From Acidobacteriota bacterium (GTDB lineage Bacteria > Acidobacteriota > UBA890 > WLXD01), in contig CAXWPL010000005.1 in NCBI GenBank assembly GCA_963666215.2, positions 768,001 to 832,000 on the forward strand: a DNA stretch of 64,000 bases, written 5' to 3'. The notes under the pieces are model-generated. The model saw only the letters and a program-made list of their open reading frames with translations, was not told the origin of the DNA and searched no databases. Position 1 is the stretch's first letter. Each line of letters begins with the position of its first letter. The translations under genes were made by a program, and so were the position numbers. This document shows, piece by piece, positions 36,830 to 47,224 of this stretch.

Positions 36830-37660
36830 TCAGGCCCGAACGATCGTGCCGACGTGCTCTCCATCGAGCGCCCGTGTCAGGTTGCCCGGCGTGAGCCCAT
36901 TGATGATTTGGAAGTCACGGATATTACGGGCGTGCGGCATCAGCTCGAGGACCTTCGGCTCGATCAGGAGCGAGGGATAACCACCTTCGAGCAAATCCTG
37001 AGAAGTCGCCTCAGGTATGAAGCGCGCATCGGGATCGACGTTGGGGTCATTCTCGTAGATCCCATCGACGTCCTTCACGAAGATCAGGCGCTTGACCCCC
37101 AGAACCTCGGCCATCAGATAGAGCCCGACATCGGGTCCGTTCATTGGCAGCCGCCCTTCGCGCGGCGGCTCCTCCCAGAAGTGGTAAGGCGGCATGGAGG
37201 CGACGATTGGCAAGCTGCCAAGCTCGAGGTACAGCGCGATCTCGGAAAATGCGTCGCGCGGCATCCACACGCCACCGTGAGCCGATAGCAGCGCCTGCAA
37301 CATGGCGCCGTTCTGCTCTTCGACCGCGCCAACAATCTGCGCCAGACCGCCCGTCGGCAGCCCGAGATCGATGCCGACCTCCATCGTGTGATCGGCGCGC
37401 CCACCACCAGAGACTCCGACGACCATCTTGTGGTGCTTGTTGCACTCCACAAGCTCGTCACATAGCGGGTACACGGCGGCCTTGCCGCGGTCCATGATCG
37501 AGCCCCCACCAACGCCGACGATGTTGGCCTCGGGCAGCATTCGCACTTCACGATCGGGCTCGCTACGGGCCAGCACACCCTTGTCGACGAGCGATTCGCG
37601 CATCAGCGGCGTCTGCATGTGCGTTCGCCGAATGCCCTTGCCTCGCAGGATCTTGCTCAC
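36830..37660 (-). CDS. mosA: Molybdenum storage protein alpha-subunit-like
   Basis: H..TPLMRESLVD N-terminal arm, MDRG, VGIDLGLP, PPYH, VDGIY..DPN, ARFIPE, GEHVGT; tandem paralogue of mosB. Confidence 0.78.
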   Translation of the reverse strand: MSKILRGKGIRRTHMQTPLMRESLVDKGVLARSEPDREVRMLPEANIVGVGGGSIMDRGKAAVYPLCDELVECNKHHKMVVGVSGGGRADHTMEVGIDLGLPTGGLAQIVGAVEEQNGAMLQALLSAHGGVWMPRDAFSEIALYLELGSLPIVASMPPYHFWEEPPREGRLPMNGPDVGLYLMAEVLGVKRLIFVKDVDGIYENDPNVDPDARFIPEATSQDLLEGGYPSLLIEPKVLELMPHARNIRDFQIINGLTPGNLTRALDGEHVGTIVRA

Positions 37661-37898
37661 GTAGTCCCTACCATCCGTTGAAGATTTGAAACGCTTGAAG
37701 ATTTGCCTTCCGGGCGCCGCCTCAGGGACGCCGCACGAATCGCGATGGCCATTCCGCTCACTCGAACGGTCGGAGCGCTTTCAGCTTCCGCAGCGCGGTG
37801 AAATCGGCGCTGGCGTATCCTGGGCCGTTGTCGAGAAGTGACAAGCGGAGCGCAGCATCATAGCAAGACAGCCCCGCAACGGTGCGTCGAGGAATGCC

Positions 37899-39551
37899 AT
37901 GGACATCATGCCCGTCAGTTATCGGTTCCGCCTCAAATCGGCGAGAGTCGCCGTGGTCGTCGCCTGCCTGCTGTTGATCGGCTCGGCCGGCTCGCCGACC
38001 AGCGCGATCGCGCGCCCTTCGCCCGTCCAGACCGGTGATGGCGAAGCCGCTCGCGACGTCGCACGTGCGTGGCGCCAGGCCCACGAATCGGCGATCGTCG
38101 AAGAGCTTCTGGAGTTCCTGGCGATCCCGAACGTCGCTACCGACGCCCCCAACATCCATCGCAACGCGCGCTGGATCGTCGACGCCTTCGCCCGCAGGGG
38201 TGTGGAAATGGAAATCGTCGCGACGCCGGGCGCGCCGTGGGTGTATGGCGAGCTGACCACGCCCGGGGCCACGTCGACTCTGCTGTTCTACGCGCACTAC
38301 GACGGGCAGCCTGCGGACCCCGCGCGCTGGATAGGACACACACCGTGGGAACCAGTGTTCCGCAACGGCAGCCTCGACGACGGGGCCGCCATCGTGCCGA
38401 CCCCCGCGGCGCCAATTCCGCCGGACTGGCGGATCTACGCTCGCTCGGCGTCGGACGACCGCTCCCCCATAGTCATGATGCTGACCGCACTCGATGCGCT
38501 GCGCGACGCAGGAATCTCGCCGCGCGCCAACATCAAGTTTCTCTTCGAGGGCGAGGAGGAGGCGGGCTCGCCCAACGCCAACGACTTCGTGCGGCAGCAT
38601 GCCGAGCGACTACGCGCCGACGCGATGCTCCTCGCCGACGGCCCCAAGCATCCGTCGGGTAAGCCCACGCTCGTCTTCGGAGTGCGTGGCATCACCACGG
38701 TTCAGATCACGGTGTACGGCCCCGCTCGTCCGCTGCACAGCGGCCACTATGGCAACTGGGCCCCGAACCCGGCCATGCGGCTCGCGCACCTGCTAGCGAC
38801 GATGAAAGACCCGGACACCGGCGATGTGCTGGTCAGCGGCTGGAACGACGATCGCGTGCCCCTCAGCCCAGCCGAGCGCAGCGCTCTGGGTGCCGTGCCC
38901 GACGACCCAGCCCAATCGCCGGCGGCCCTCGGCTTTGGAGAGCCCGAGGGCCCGTGGGATCGCCGGGTTGAGGCGATCACCTACAACTCCTTGAACGTTC
39001 GCGGACTGAGTAGCGGCTGGGTGGGCGAGGCTCGCACCATTGTCCCCGACCAGGCGATTGCCGAGATCGACCTGCGCCTCGTCGTCGACACACGGCCCGA
39101 CACGCAGATCAGCCGCCTGATTGACCACATACGAGCACAGGGGTTCCACGTCATCGACGAGGACCCCAACGCGGAGACCCGAGCGCAGTACGCACGCCTG
39201 GCCAAGGTCACGAAGACCGAGTTCGGCTATCCGCCTACGCGAGTGGCCATGGACCTGCCGATTGCACAAAGACTGATCGCGCGTGCTGAGCGCGCCTTCG
39301 GCACCGAGGCGGTCGCAATCCCGACCTCAGGCGGCAGCCTGCCGCTGTACGCGTTCGAAGAGGGGCTGGGAATCCCGACGATTGGCGTGCCGACGGTCAA
39401 CCACGACAACAACCAGCACTCGCCCAACGAGAACGTGCGTATCGGCAATCTTTGGGACGGTATCGAGATGCTGGCAGTGATGCTCACCGCGCAGCAGCGG
39501 TACCGACGTGGATCGCGAGCCCGCGAGCCCGACCGGCTGCCGAGGCGCTGA
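37899..39551 (+). CDS. M20/M25/M40-family metallopeptidase, secreted
   Basis: YAHYDGQP, YARSASDD, FEGEEE, LHSGHYG, NQHSPNEN. Confidence 0.9.
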   Translation: MDIMPVSYRFRLKSARVAVVVACLLLIGSAGSPTSAIARPSPVQTGDGEAARDVARAWRQAHESAIVEELLEFLAIPNVATDAPNIHRNARWIVDAFARRGVEMEIVATPGAPWVYGELTTPGATSTLLFYAHYDGQPADPARWIGHTPWEPVFRNGSLDDGAAIVPTPAAPIPPDWRIYARSASDDRSPIVMMLTALDALRDAGISPRANIKFLFEGEEEAGSPNANDFVRQHAERLRADAMLLADGPKHPSGKPTLVFGVRGITTVQITVYGPARPLHSGHYGNWAPNPAMRLAHLLATMKDPDTGDVLVSGWNDDRVPLSPAERSALGAVPDDPAQSPAALGFGEPEGPWDRRVEAITYNSLNVRGLSSGWVGEARTIVPDQAIAEIDLRLVVDTRPDTQISRLIDHIRAQGFHVIDEDPNAETRAQYARLAKVTKTEFGYPPTRVAMDLPIAQRLIARAERAFGTEAVAIPTSGGSLPLYAFEEGLGIPTIGVPTVNHDNNQHSPNENVRIGNLWDGIEMLAVMLTAQQRYRRGSRAREPDRLPRR

Positions 39552-39626
39552 GCCGAGCCGCGTTGCTTGATGCTTGATGGCCTGGAGCCTCCGGATCCGG
39601 CCCGAGCTCACGCGAGCGGTGAGCGA

Positions 39627-40949
39627 CTAGACGGTCGAGTGGCGCCCGTAGGCAGCGTACAGCAGCCCGCCAATCACCAGCGCAACAGCGCCACTGGCGA
39701 GTGAAACGGTATCTGCACCGAACACGATGGCCAGCGAGCCGGCGATGGCCAGCGCCGGTATCGTCATGCCGCCAGGCAGGCGAAACACGTCTTTGGAGGC
39801 GGCGCCAGGACTGCGTCGAAGCACCGGTACCGCCGCGCAGGTCGCCACATAGAAGACGAGTCGGGCCACGGCACTGACTTTGGCCATCTGTTCGAACGAG
39901 CCCGACGCGGCGAGTGCTAACGCTACCGCGGCGTACAGCACAATCGACACGTGCGGCGTGCGGAAACGCGAATGCACCCGGCCGAACATCGGCGGCAGCT
40001 GCCCACGCTCGGCCATGGCATAGGTAACTCGGGGCCCCGCCAGCATGGTGCCCGCGTTCGAACCCAGGATCGAGATCAGCCCGCCGAGAGCGATGAGCAT
40101 TCCGGCTGTGGGCCCCATGAAGCCCGCGGCGGCAGCGGCCAGCGGTGTTTCGGACCCCGCGAAGTTGCTCAGCGTTCCCACCATGACCACCTGCACCGAG
40201 ATGAACACCGCACAGACGACGCCAATTGTCGAGAGCAACGCGCGCGGCACGTCGCGGCGCGGCGACAAGGCCTCCCCGGCGGGCAGCGAAATCAGCTCGT
40301 AGCCGCCGAAGGCAAACATCAGCAGCAGCACCGATTCACCCGTGGCGCGGTCGATGGCAAAGCTCATCCCGCCAAAGCGCGCCGGGTCGATGAAGAACGT
40401 GCCCACGACGATGAACCCCAACAGGGGAACCAACTTCGACACCGTGAACAGGTTGATCGTCCAGGAGCCGTAGCGCACGCCGAGTAGGTTGATCGTGGCG
40501 AATAGCGCGATCGTCGCGGTCACAACCAGCAGGCGCCCGCTCTCGGTGCCGGCCGGAGCCCAGAAGTAGGAGAGATAGCGTGGTACGGCATTGGCGAGCG
40601 CTGCCAGGCTGGCCAGACGGGTCAGCCACATCATCCACGCCACCTCGAAGCCGGCAAGGCCGCCGAACGCTTCGCGGGCGTAAACATACGGCCCGCCCGC
40701 GGTACGGAAGTGTGTGCCGACCTCAGCGAAACAGAGCACGATCAGGGCGTTGACCAACCCTGCGAGCAGGAAAGGCCAGACGCTGGAGGCTTCGCCAACC
40801 AGCGCCGCAACGGAGGCCGGCAGCACGAAGATGCCGCTGCCGATCACCTGGTTGACGCCCACGGCGGTCAGGTCCCATCGGCCGAGCGCGCGCACGAGAC
40901 CTGTCTTCTCGGCAGCCGCTTCGACACTTTTGCGTATGGGGCTTGTCAC
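39627..40949 (-). CDS. APC-family amino acid permease
   Basis: IGSGIF, AGGPYVY, FAFGGYE, many TM segments. Confidence 0.9.
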   Translation of the reverse strand: MTSPIRKSVEAAAEKTGLVRALGRWDLTAVGVNQVIGSGIFVLPASVAALVGEASSVWPFLLAGLVNALIVLCFAEVGTHFRTAGGPYVYAREAFGGLAGFEVAWMMWLTRLASLAALANAVPRYLSYFWAPAGTESGRLLVVTATIALFATINLLGVRYGSWTINLFTVSKLVPLLGFIVVGTFFIDPARFGGMSFAIDRATGESVLLLMFAFGGYELISLPAGEALSPRRDVPRALLSTIGVVCAVFISVQVVMVGTLSNFAGSETPLAAAAAGFMGPTAGMLIALGGLISILGSNAGTMLAGPRVTYAMAERGQLPPMFGRVHSRFRTPHVSIVLYAAVALALAASGSFEQMAKVSAVARLVFYVATCAAVPVLRRSPGAASKDVFRLPGGMTIPALAIAGSLAIVFGADTVSLASGAVALVIGGLLYAAYGRHSTV

Positions 40950-41068
40950 TGGCCTGCCTTGTGTGCCGAAGGTCGGGGTGGAAGCCGGAAGAGCTCCGGC
41001 CGCGCAGCGTCGCTAATCTCTACAACAAATGCAATCGACGGGCAGCGCGAAGTCAGTCAGGTGTGAGG

Positions 41069-42418
41069 TCAGTCAGGAGCCAGCCAGCCGGTGCGCCCTG
41101 CTGCCGTGCGCACCCAGCGAAAGTCGTCGAACTCCCCGAAGATCTCGACCTCGCCGGGTGGGATCTCGTCGACGACGGGAGCGCTCAATCGAGGCCGCAG
41201 ATACATCGTCCCGGCGTCCACCAACCTCTCGGTAGCGATTGGCGCGTCAATCGACACGACCTGGCGCGACGATACGTACCCCACCACACCGTCCGGGAGC
41301 CGGACTCGAAAATACGACGACGACGCCCCCAGGACGGTCACCGGTGTATGGCGCTGGAGGAAACCCAGCGGCTCGCCGCTGGAGGTCGCGCGGCTGCGCA
41401 ATGCACTGTCGGGGATCTCTATGCGAGCCCAGCCACCCACCATAGCCGGGTCGGCCGTCACGAGCGCAGGCTCGCGCCGCGGCTGCGTGAGAAAATGACG
41501 CGGATCAACGGGTCCCTCGCCGCGCGCATAAACGCCGAAATGCAGATGCGGGCGCGTCGTGCGAGCGTTGCCGGTGTTGCCCACACGGCCGACGATATCG
41601 CCGGGCTCGACCCACGTCCCCTGCACAGCTTCCTGCACCTCAAGATGGGCGTAGTAGAGCGTGATCGAACGCTCCTCGTCGCGCAGCCAAACCACATTGC
41701 CACCGAGCTCTCGCTCCTCCACCCGACTGACGTACGCGCGCGATGTAGAAACGGCCAGCGTGCCGCGCGACGCGAAGATGTCGACCCCGTGATGCTGCCG
41801 CCGGCCGGCGTCGCGCGGCGCGCCGAATCCACTCCGAATCGAGCTGGTGGAGTGTCCTTCTACTGGAAACTCGAGCGATGCCACCGAGCGGATAGCCACC
41901 GAATAGCGACCGCTGCGGAGGAGCTCGGGTTGCACCCGCAAGAAGTACTCGGCGTCCCGGCGGGGCTCGAACGCAAGTCGATTCGTTCCCTCCTCGCCGC
42001 TCGCGACGTGCCGCGGTGCCTCTCCCGCCGTGCTCGGTGCGCGGAACAGGTCGAGAAACACGCGAGCCTGAGCCTCGTCCTCGAGATCGAGCATCACCTC
42101 GACGCGCTGGCCACGGCGAACGGCGAAGCGAAACCCGACGCCGGTGGCCGCGGCGGCATCGAAGAATGCCGTTTCGCGGAATGGCAGGTCAACACCCACC
42201 GGCCGCGCCAGAGCAGCTTGGGCCGCGGCGCTCCAGTCCCGCCCGAGGGCGGTGTCGGCCAGGCCGGCGACTTCGAGCCCGTGACGGTAGGCGTCGTGCG
42301 CGTCGGTCGGCAGATAGGGCGGGGGGACGATCTCCTCGGTACGACAGCCCCAAGCGCTTCCACAGACGATGACGAGTGTGGCAAAGGCCGCGAGTCGAAG
42401 GCGTGGAGCGGTGGTCAC
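41069..42418 (-). CDS. M23-family peptidase lipoprotein with SH3-like C-terminal domains
   Basis: HHGVDIF, YYAHL, VGNTGNA, PHLHF; AWGC lipobox; GTG start inferred. Confidence 0.85.
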   Translation of the reverse strand: MTTAPRLRLAAFATLVIVCGSAWGCRTEEIVPPPYLPTDAHDAYRHGLEVAGLADTALGRDWSAAAQAALARPVGVDLPFRETAFFDAAAATGVGFRFAVRRGQRVEVMLDLEDEAQARVFLDLFRAPSTAGEAPRHVASGEEGTNRLAFEPRRDAEYFLRVQPELLRSGRYSVAIRSVASLEFPVEGHSTSSIRSGFGAPRDAGRRQHHGVDIFASRGTLAVSTSRAYVSRVEERELGGNVVWLRDEERSITLYYAHLEVQEAVQGTWVEPGDIVGRVGNTGNARTTRPHLHFGVYARGEGPVDPRHFLTQPRREPALVTADPAMVGGWARIEIPDSALRSRATSSGEPLGFLQRHTPVTVLGASSSYFRVRLPDGVVGYVSSRQVVSIDAPIATERLVDAGTMYLRPRLSAPVVDEIPPGEVEIFGEFDDFRWVRTAAGRTGWLAPD

Positions 42419-42579
42419 GAGCTTGAACAGGTCCGTGGGTGGTGACGCGAGATGATTCGTGAGCTGTAAGGAACAGAGGATGCCCTCCGCGCTCCGGCGG
42501 TTCCAGTCGAAGGTGCAGGTGTGCGCGCCGAAGGGAGCCGCGAGACCTGGCGAGCGGAAACCATCGGTGGCGGCTCGAG

Positions 42580-43368
42580 CTACCGGCCGCGTCGTCGGAA
42601 CAACGGTTGCGACCGCCAACCGGCTTGATAGAGCGCGTAGCGACCCAGCAGCGCGAGCGTGGCAAACGAGTAGCGAGCGCTATGGGAGAACGAGATACTG
42701 CTCGACTCAGGCCCGTAGTGAGTCGGGACCGGCACGCTACCAACGCGCAATCCGTGCACGCGAGCCTGCACCAGCAGCTGCTGGTCGAAAACAAAGTCGT
42801 CGGATGCCGCCTCGAAGTCCAGTCGCTCGAGCACTCGCCGGTAATAGGCACGGAAGCCAGTGTGATACTCGGGTAGGTTGAGGCCCAACACGACGTTCTC
42901 GATCAACGTCAACGCTCGATTCGCGAAGTACTTGATGGCTGGCATCCCCCCGGCCAGTACCTCCCCACGGCGGCGGATTCTCGAGCCCAGCACGATGTCC
43001 ACGACGTCGGCATCGAGGAAGCCGACCATGTGTGGAATCAGCGAGCCATCGTATTGATTGTCGGGATGCAGCATGACGATGACGTCGGCGTCGGTCTCGA
43101 GCGCCAGGAGATAGCACGTCTTCTGGTTGGCGCCATACCCCCGGTTGCGCTCGTGCCGGTGCACGTAGATGCCCATTCCCCTCGCCACGTCAACGGTGGC
43201 GTCTGTGCTCGTGTCGTCGACCAAGATGACGCAGCCGCGAAGGCTCGGCGGCACACGATCCAACGTCGGGCCGACCGTCTCCGCGGCGTTGTAGGCTGGC
43301 AGCACGATGCACAGCCGGCTGCTCGAACCCATATCGGGAGCGACAACCGTCGGTTTGGAATCGGGCAT
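42580..43368 (-). CDS. GT2 glycosyltransferase (DPM1-like)
   Basis: LPAYNA, VDDTSTD, NRGYGANQK, LHPDNQY, EYHTGFRAY. Confidence 0.88.
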   Translation of the reverse strand: MPDSKPTVVAPDMGSSSRLCIVLPAYNAAETVGPTLDRVPPSLRGCVILVDDTSTDATVDVARGMGIYVHRHERNRGYGANQKTCYLLALETDADVIVMLHPDNQYDGSLIPHMVGFLDADVVDIVLGSRIRRRGEVLAGGMPAIKYFANRALTLIENVVLGLNLPEYHTGFRAYYRRVLERLDFEAASDDFVFDQQLLVQARVHGLRVGSVPVPTHYGPESSSISFSHSARYSFATLALLGRYALYQAGWRSQPLFRRRGR

Positions 43369-43496
43369 GTCACAAGGGCTCTGGACCGAGGCATCCACGA
43401 CCCGGATAATACAGCCCGCGGCGGCGCGACCGTGGCGGACGTCCCGTCTGCGTGCCAAGCGCCACCAGCGACCCTTTCTAGAAGCGAGGCCACCGA

Positions 43497-44597
43497 GTGC
43501 ATCTCAGCGATCCGAAGCCGCGATGTCGGGTCCGGTGTCTCGTCGTGCTGTTCATCGGATCTAACCTGCTCGCTGCCTCGTGGACCCACTCCGCAATCGC
43601 ACAGAACGAGATCGACGCCTTCATGCAACGGGTGCTGCAGCGCCGCGAGGTGGCCTGGCAGGCGCTGTCGGAGCACGTCTTCAACGAGCGTATCTCGACG
43701 GAGATCGAGGGCCCCCTGGCTGTGGCGCTGGGCAATCGGGTGCGCGAATACTCGTGGTTTGTGCGCGACGGGTTCTTGGTTCGCAGTCCCATCACGATCG
43801 ACGGCGCGACCGTTGGGGTCGACGACCGCAACGACTACGAGCGGCGCTGGCTCGAGCGCGAGCGCGAGCGCGGGATCGCGGCGCGTCGCACTGCGGAGCG
43901 TGGTAGCAGCGTCGACGGCGCCGTCGACACCTCCACGGCCGCGGCATCCCCGGGACTCGCAGCGGCGGGCTCGCAGGCAACCAAGGTCTCGCTCGACATG
44001 CAGGGAGCCGTCGAGCGCGAGTACTTCCTCGGCTTCCGCTTCGAGCCGGGGAACTACGTTCTCGCCGGTCGCGAGACACTCGACGGACGCTCGGTGCTGC
44101 GAATCGAGTACTACCCGCGCAAGATGTTCGCTGGCGAGAATCGTCCGGCGTTCTGGGAGCTCGGCGACCCGGGTCCGGCCGCAGAAGGCGGCTCGCACGA
44201 CGAAGGCCGGGAAACGCGTGGCGACGAGGCCGCCCCCGAGCGATCCACAGACGAAGAGCGGGTCTTCGGCTTCGACGAGCACGCCGCGCGCAAGTTCAAC
44301 AAGACGACGCTGGTCACCTTGTGGATCGATCCCGAAATCGAACAGATCGTGCGCATCGTTTTCGACAACGTTGGCGATGAGTTCTTGCGCGTTTCGCTCC
44401 TCGTGCGCGTCCAGAACGTCCGCGCAACGATGACGATGCACGAGCCCATCGAGGGCGTTTGGCTGCCGCGTGACATCGAGCTTGTGGCGAGCGCCCTCGC
44501 GGCGACCGGAGAGTACGAGGTGACCTACCGTCGCGCGTTCTCCGACTACAAGCGCGCCGACGTGTCCAGCGGCGTGCGCTTCACTCAGCCACGCTAG
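43497..44597 (+). CDS. Secreted hypothetical protein
   Basis: Signal peptide, GC3-rich codons, beta-rich (LWIDPE..QIVR). Confidence 0.65.
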   Translation: MHLSDPKPRCRVRCLVVLFIGSNLLAASWTHSAIAQNEIDAFMQRVLQRREVAWQALSEHVFNERISTEIEGPLAVALGNRVREYSWFVRDGFLVRSPITIDGATVGVDDRNDYERRWLERERERGIAARRTAERGSSVDGAVDTSTAAASPGLAAAGSQATKVSLDMQGAVEREYFLGFRFEPGNYVLAGRETLDGRSVLRIEYYPRKMFAGENRPAFWELGDPGPAAEGGSHDEGRETRGDEAAPERSTDEERVFGFDEHAARKFNKTTLVTLWIDPEIEQIVRIVFDNVGDEFLRVSLLVRVQNVRATMTMHEPIEGVWLPRDIELVASALAATGEYEVTYRRAFSDYKRADVSSGVRFTQPR

Positions 44598-44599
44598 CC

Positions 44600-44710
44600 G
44601 CGTCCGCGCTTCCGCGTTTGCACTTCGCGGGTTCGCGCGTTCACGTTGCGCCTTGGCAGGTTCGCGTTCGCGCTTTGGCGCGTTCGCGCATTCGCGCTTT
44701 GGCGCGTTCG
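44600..44710. repeat. Intergenic low-complexity repeat, including 2 x 20-bp TTCGCGCTTTGGCGCGTTCG
   Basis: Identical copies at 44667-44686 and 44691-44710. Confidence 0.7.
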
Positions 44711-44745
44711 ATAGAACAGCAATCGATCGGCTATGATCGCGCGCC

Positions 44746-45672
44746 ATGAACCCCATGCGCACACTCCTGCTCGGCATGGCCGACTCCCCCACCTGCAAGC
44801 GATTGCTCACCGGCTGGGGCGTGACCCGCCGCGTAGTCAAGCGCTTCGTCCCGGGCGAAACGCTCGACGAAGCGGCGGCGGCGGTAGCGCAAGTCAATGC
44901 CGAAGGTCTCACGGCCACAATGAACCCGCTGGGCGAGAACGTCGCCAATGAGGCCACGGCCACCGCGTCCACCAACGCCTACATCGAGATCCTCGACCGG
45001 ATTGCCGCCGATGGGCTCGGCTCCAATATCTCGGTCAAGCTCACGATGCTCGGCCTCGATCTCGGGCACGACATCGCCATCGCCAACCTGCGCCGCGTGC
45101 TGCAGGCTGCGGAACGCCACGACAACTTCGTGCGTATCGACATGGAGGCATCGCCCTACGTCGAGTCGACCCTCGAGATCTTTCGAGAGCTTCGCGCCGA
45201 TCACCCCAAGGTCGGGGCGGTGATCCAGACCTATCTGCGCCGAAGCGGCGACGATATCGAGGCGCTGATCAGCGAAGGCGCGTCGGTCCGCGTCGTCAAA
45301 GGCGCATACAACGAGCCCCCCGAGGTCGCTTTCCCCGACAAGGCCGACGTCGACCGCAACTTCGTGGCCATCCTCGATCGCCTGGCACGAGCGGACGCGC
45401 GCGAAAACGGTGTGCGGGTTGCAATCGGATCCCACGACCCGGCGATCCTGGCGAAAGGCTCCGAGCTGATCGAGAGTCAGGGTATCGAGGCCGGCTGGGA
45501 GTTCCAGATGCTCTACGGCATCGGCAAGCAGCATCAGCGCGAGCTCGCCGCAGCCGGTCACGACGTGCGAATTTACGTGAGCTACGGGGTCGCCTGGTAC
45601 CCGTGGTTCATGCGGCGTCTCGCCGAACGGCCGGCCAACGTCCTGTTCTTCCTGCGCCACCTCTTCGGTTGA
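44746..45672 (+). CDS. Monofunctional proline dehydrogenase
   Basis: RFVPGE, SVKLT, RIDME, RVVKGAY, EFQMLYG, RRLAERPAN. Confidence 0.92.
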   Translation: MNPMRTLLLGMADSPTCKRLLTGWGVTRRVVKRFVPGETLDEAAAAVAQVNAEGLTATMNPLGENVANEATATASTNAYIEILDRIAADGLGSNISVKLTMLGLDLGHDIAIANLRRVLQAAERHDNFVRIDMEASPYVESTLEIFRELRADHPKVGAVIQTYLRRSGDDIEALISEGASVRVVKGAYNEPPEVAFPDKADVDRNFVAILDRLARADARENGVRVAIGSHDPAILAKGSELIESQGIEAGWEFQMLYGIGKQHQRELAAAGHDVRIYVSYGVAWYPWFMRRLAERPANVLFFLRHLFG

Positions 45673-45712
45673 GCCCAATCGGGCCGATCAATCTCTTCAT
45701 GTGGGTCGCCTT

Positions 45713-47224
45713 CTAGAAGGCGGTCGCCACGGCCACCTCCACCGCGCTCAGCACGGGCTGCGGATACAACCCCAGCACGAGCACGAGCAGCGCCAGCAGC
45801 GCCAGCAGCGCGAGACCCGGCAACGGTGCGCTCCGATCGAGCTCGCGGTGCTCCGGCTCGCGCAAATAGGCCGCCACGACCACCCTCAGGTAGATGTAGA
45901 GCCCAATCGCGCTCGCCAGCACCATCGAAACCGCCAGCAGCGCGCTGCCGGCCCGAATGGCTGCCGCGAGCACCGCGAACTTGGCGAAAAAACCGACCGT
46001 CGGCGGGATGCCGGCCAACGACAGCATCGCCACCCCGAGCACGGCGGCGGCGAGCGGCCGGCGCTGTGCCAGGCCGCAGAGGTCGCTGACGTCGGTGAGC
46101 TGATTGCGCGGGTCGGCCCCGAGCACCGTGACAAGACCGAGAGCGATCAGCGTCGTCGGGACATACCCGAGCATGTAGAACGTGGCGGCAGCAGCACCGA
46201 CTTCTCCTCCCACGATCACGCCCACGAGGACGTAGCCGAGGTGGCCGACCGCGGAATAGCCCAGCAGCCGCCTGAGATCGGGCTGCAACAGTGCCAGTAG
46301 ATTGCCCCCGAGCATCGTCGCCACAGCCAGCAGAGTCAGCGCCCCCTGCAGTAGCGCGGCGGCACTGTCCGCAGCCCCACCGCCCAGCACGCCCTCGATG
46401 CCGGCCGGCGCCAGCGCGCGCAACATCGCCGCGACAACCGCGGCCTTGGATCCGGTGGCCAGCAGCATCGCCACCGGTGTCGGCGCACCCTCGTAGACGT
46501 CGGGCGACCACATGTGAAATGGAACCACGGCGAGCTTGAACGCGAAGCCCACCACCAGCAGACCGGCCGCTGCCAACGCCCAGAGCGACCCGACGGCAAC
46601 ACCCGGCGACGCCCCTCCGGCCAGAGTCCCCGACGACAGCAACCCGGCGATCGCCGGACGCATCTCCAACGTTCCGGTTGCGGCGTAGGTGAGCGCGATC
46701 CCGAACAACAAGAACGCCGAAGAAATCGACGCCAGCACGAGGTACTTGGCCGCGGCCTCGAGAGAGGCTCGCACGGTGGTGAGGTGTCCAATCAACGCGT
46801 ACAGCGAAACCGAGAGGATCTCGAGCCCCAGAAACAGACCGGCGAAGTGTGTGCTCGAGGCGAGCGCCGCCATGCCGACCGCGGCAAACAAGATCAGGCT
46901 GTAGAACGCCTCCGACTCGCTGTCGCGGCGCCGCAGGTAATCTCCCGAGAGAGCCGTCACCACGACTACTGAGCCATACAGCAGCACCATGAGCAACCGT
47001 GAGTAGGCGTCGAATCTCAGAATCTCGGTGAGACCCCCCGCCGCCCCAGCGACAGATCCAACAGGGGTTGTCAGCAGCACCGTCACCAGCGACAGCAGCC
47101 CGCCCACCAACGTGACCCCGCGCAACGACACTCGACTCCCCGCCGCTCCGAGCAGCATCACCGCGGTGCCGGCGAGCGTCGGAACGAGGTACGGGAGCAG
47201 CGGCCAGACGTCGGCGAGCGTCAT
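45713..47224 (-). CDS. nuoN: NADH-quinone oxidoreductase subunit N
   Basis: EAAAKY, FKLAVVPFHMWSPDVYEGAP, SLAGIPP. Confidence 0.93.
   Translation of the reverse strand: MTLADVWPLLPYLVPTLAGTAVMLLGAAGSRVSLRGVTLVGGLLSLVTVLLTTPVGSVAGAAGGLTEILRFDAYSRLLMVLLYGSVVVVTALSGDYLRRRDSESEAFYSLILFAAVGMAALASSTHFAGLFLGLEILSVSLYALIGHLTTVRASLEAAAKYLVLASISSAFLLFGIALTYAATGTLEMRPAIAGLLSSGTLAGGASPGVAVGSLWALAAAGLLVVGFAFKLAVVPFHMWSPDVYEGAPTPVAMLLATGSKAAVVAAMLRALAPAGIEGVLGGGAADSAAALLQGALTLLAVATMLGGNLLALLQPDLRRLLGYSAVGHLGYVLVGVIVGGEVGAAAATFYMLGYVPTTLIALGLVTVLGADPRNQLTDVSDLCGLAQRRPLAAAVLGVAMLSLAGIPPTVGFFAKFAVLAAAIRAGSALLAVSMVLASAIGLYIYLRVVVAAYLREPEHRELDRSAPLPGLALLALLALLVLVLGLYPQPVLSAVEVAVATAF

Noticed and set aside
35976-37660. 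Annotation as uridylate kinase (pyrH)
   Set aside because: Tandem paralogues with MoSto-specific segments (MDRG, PPY/PPH, GEHVGT) and no tsf/frr context
43038-44975. Long alternative-frame and antisense ORFs (e.g. 645 aa here; also 55570-57510, 53629-55281, 45582-47354, 25974-27461)
   Set aside because: They overlap well-supported genes and lack motifs; expected shadow ORFs in high-GC DNA
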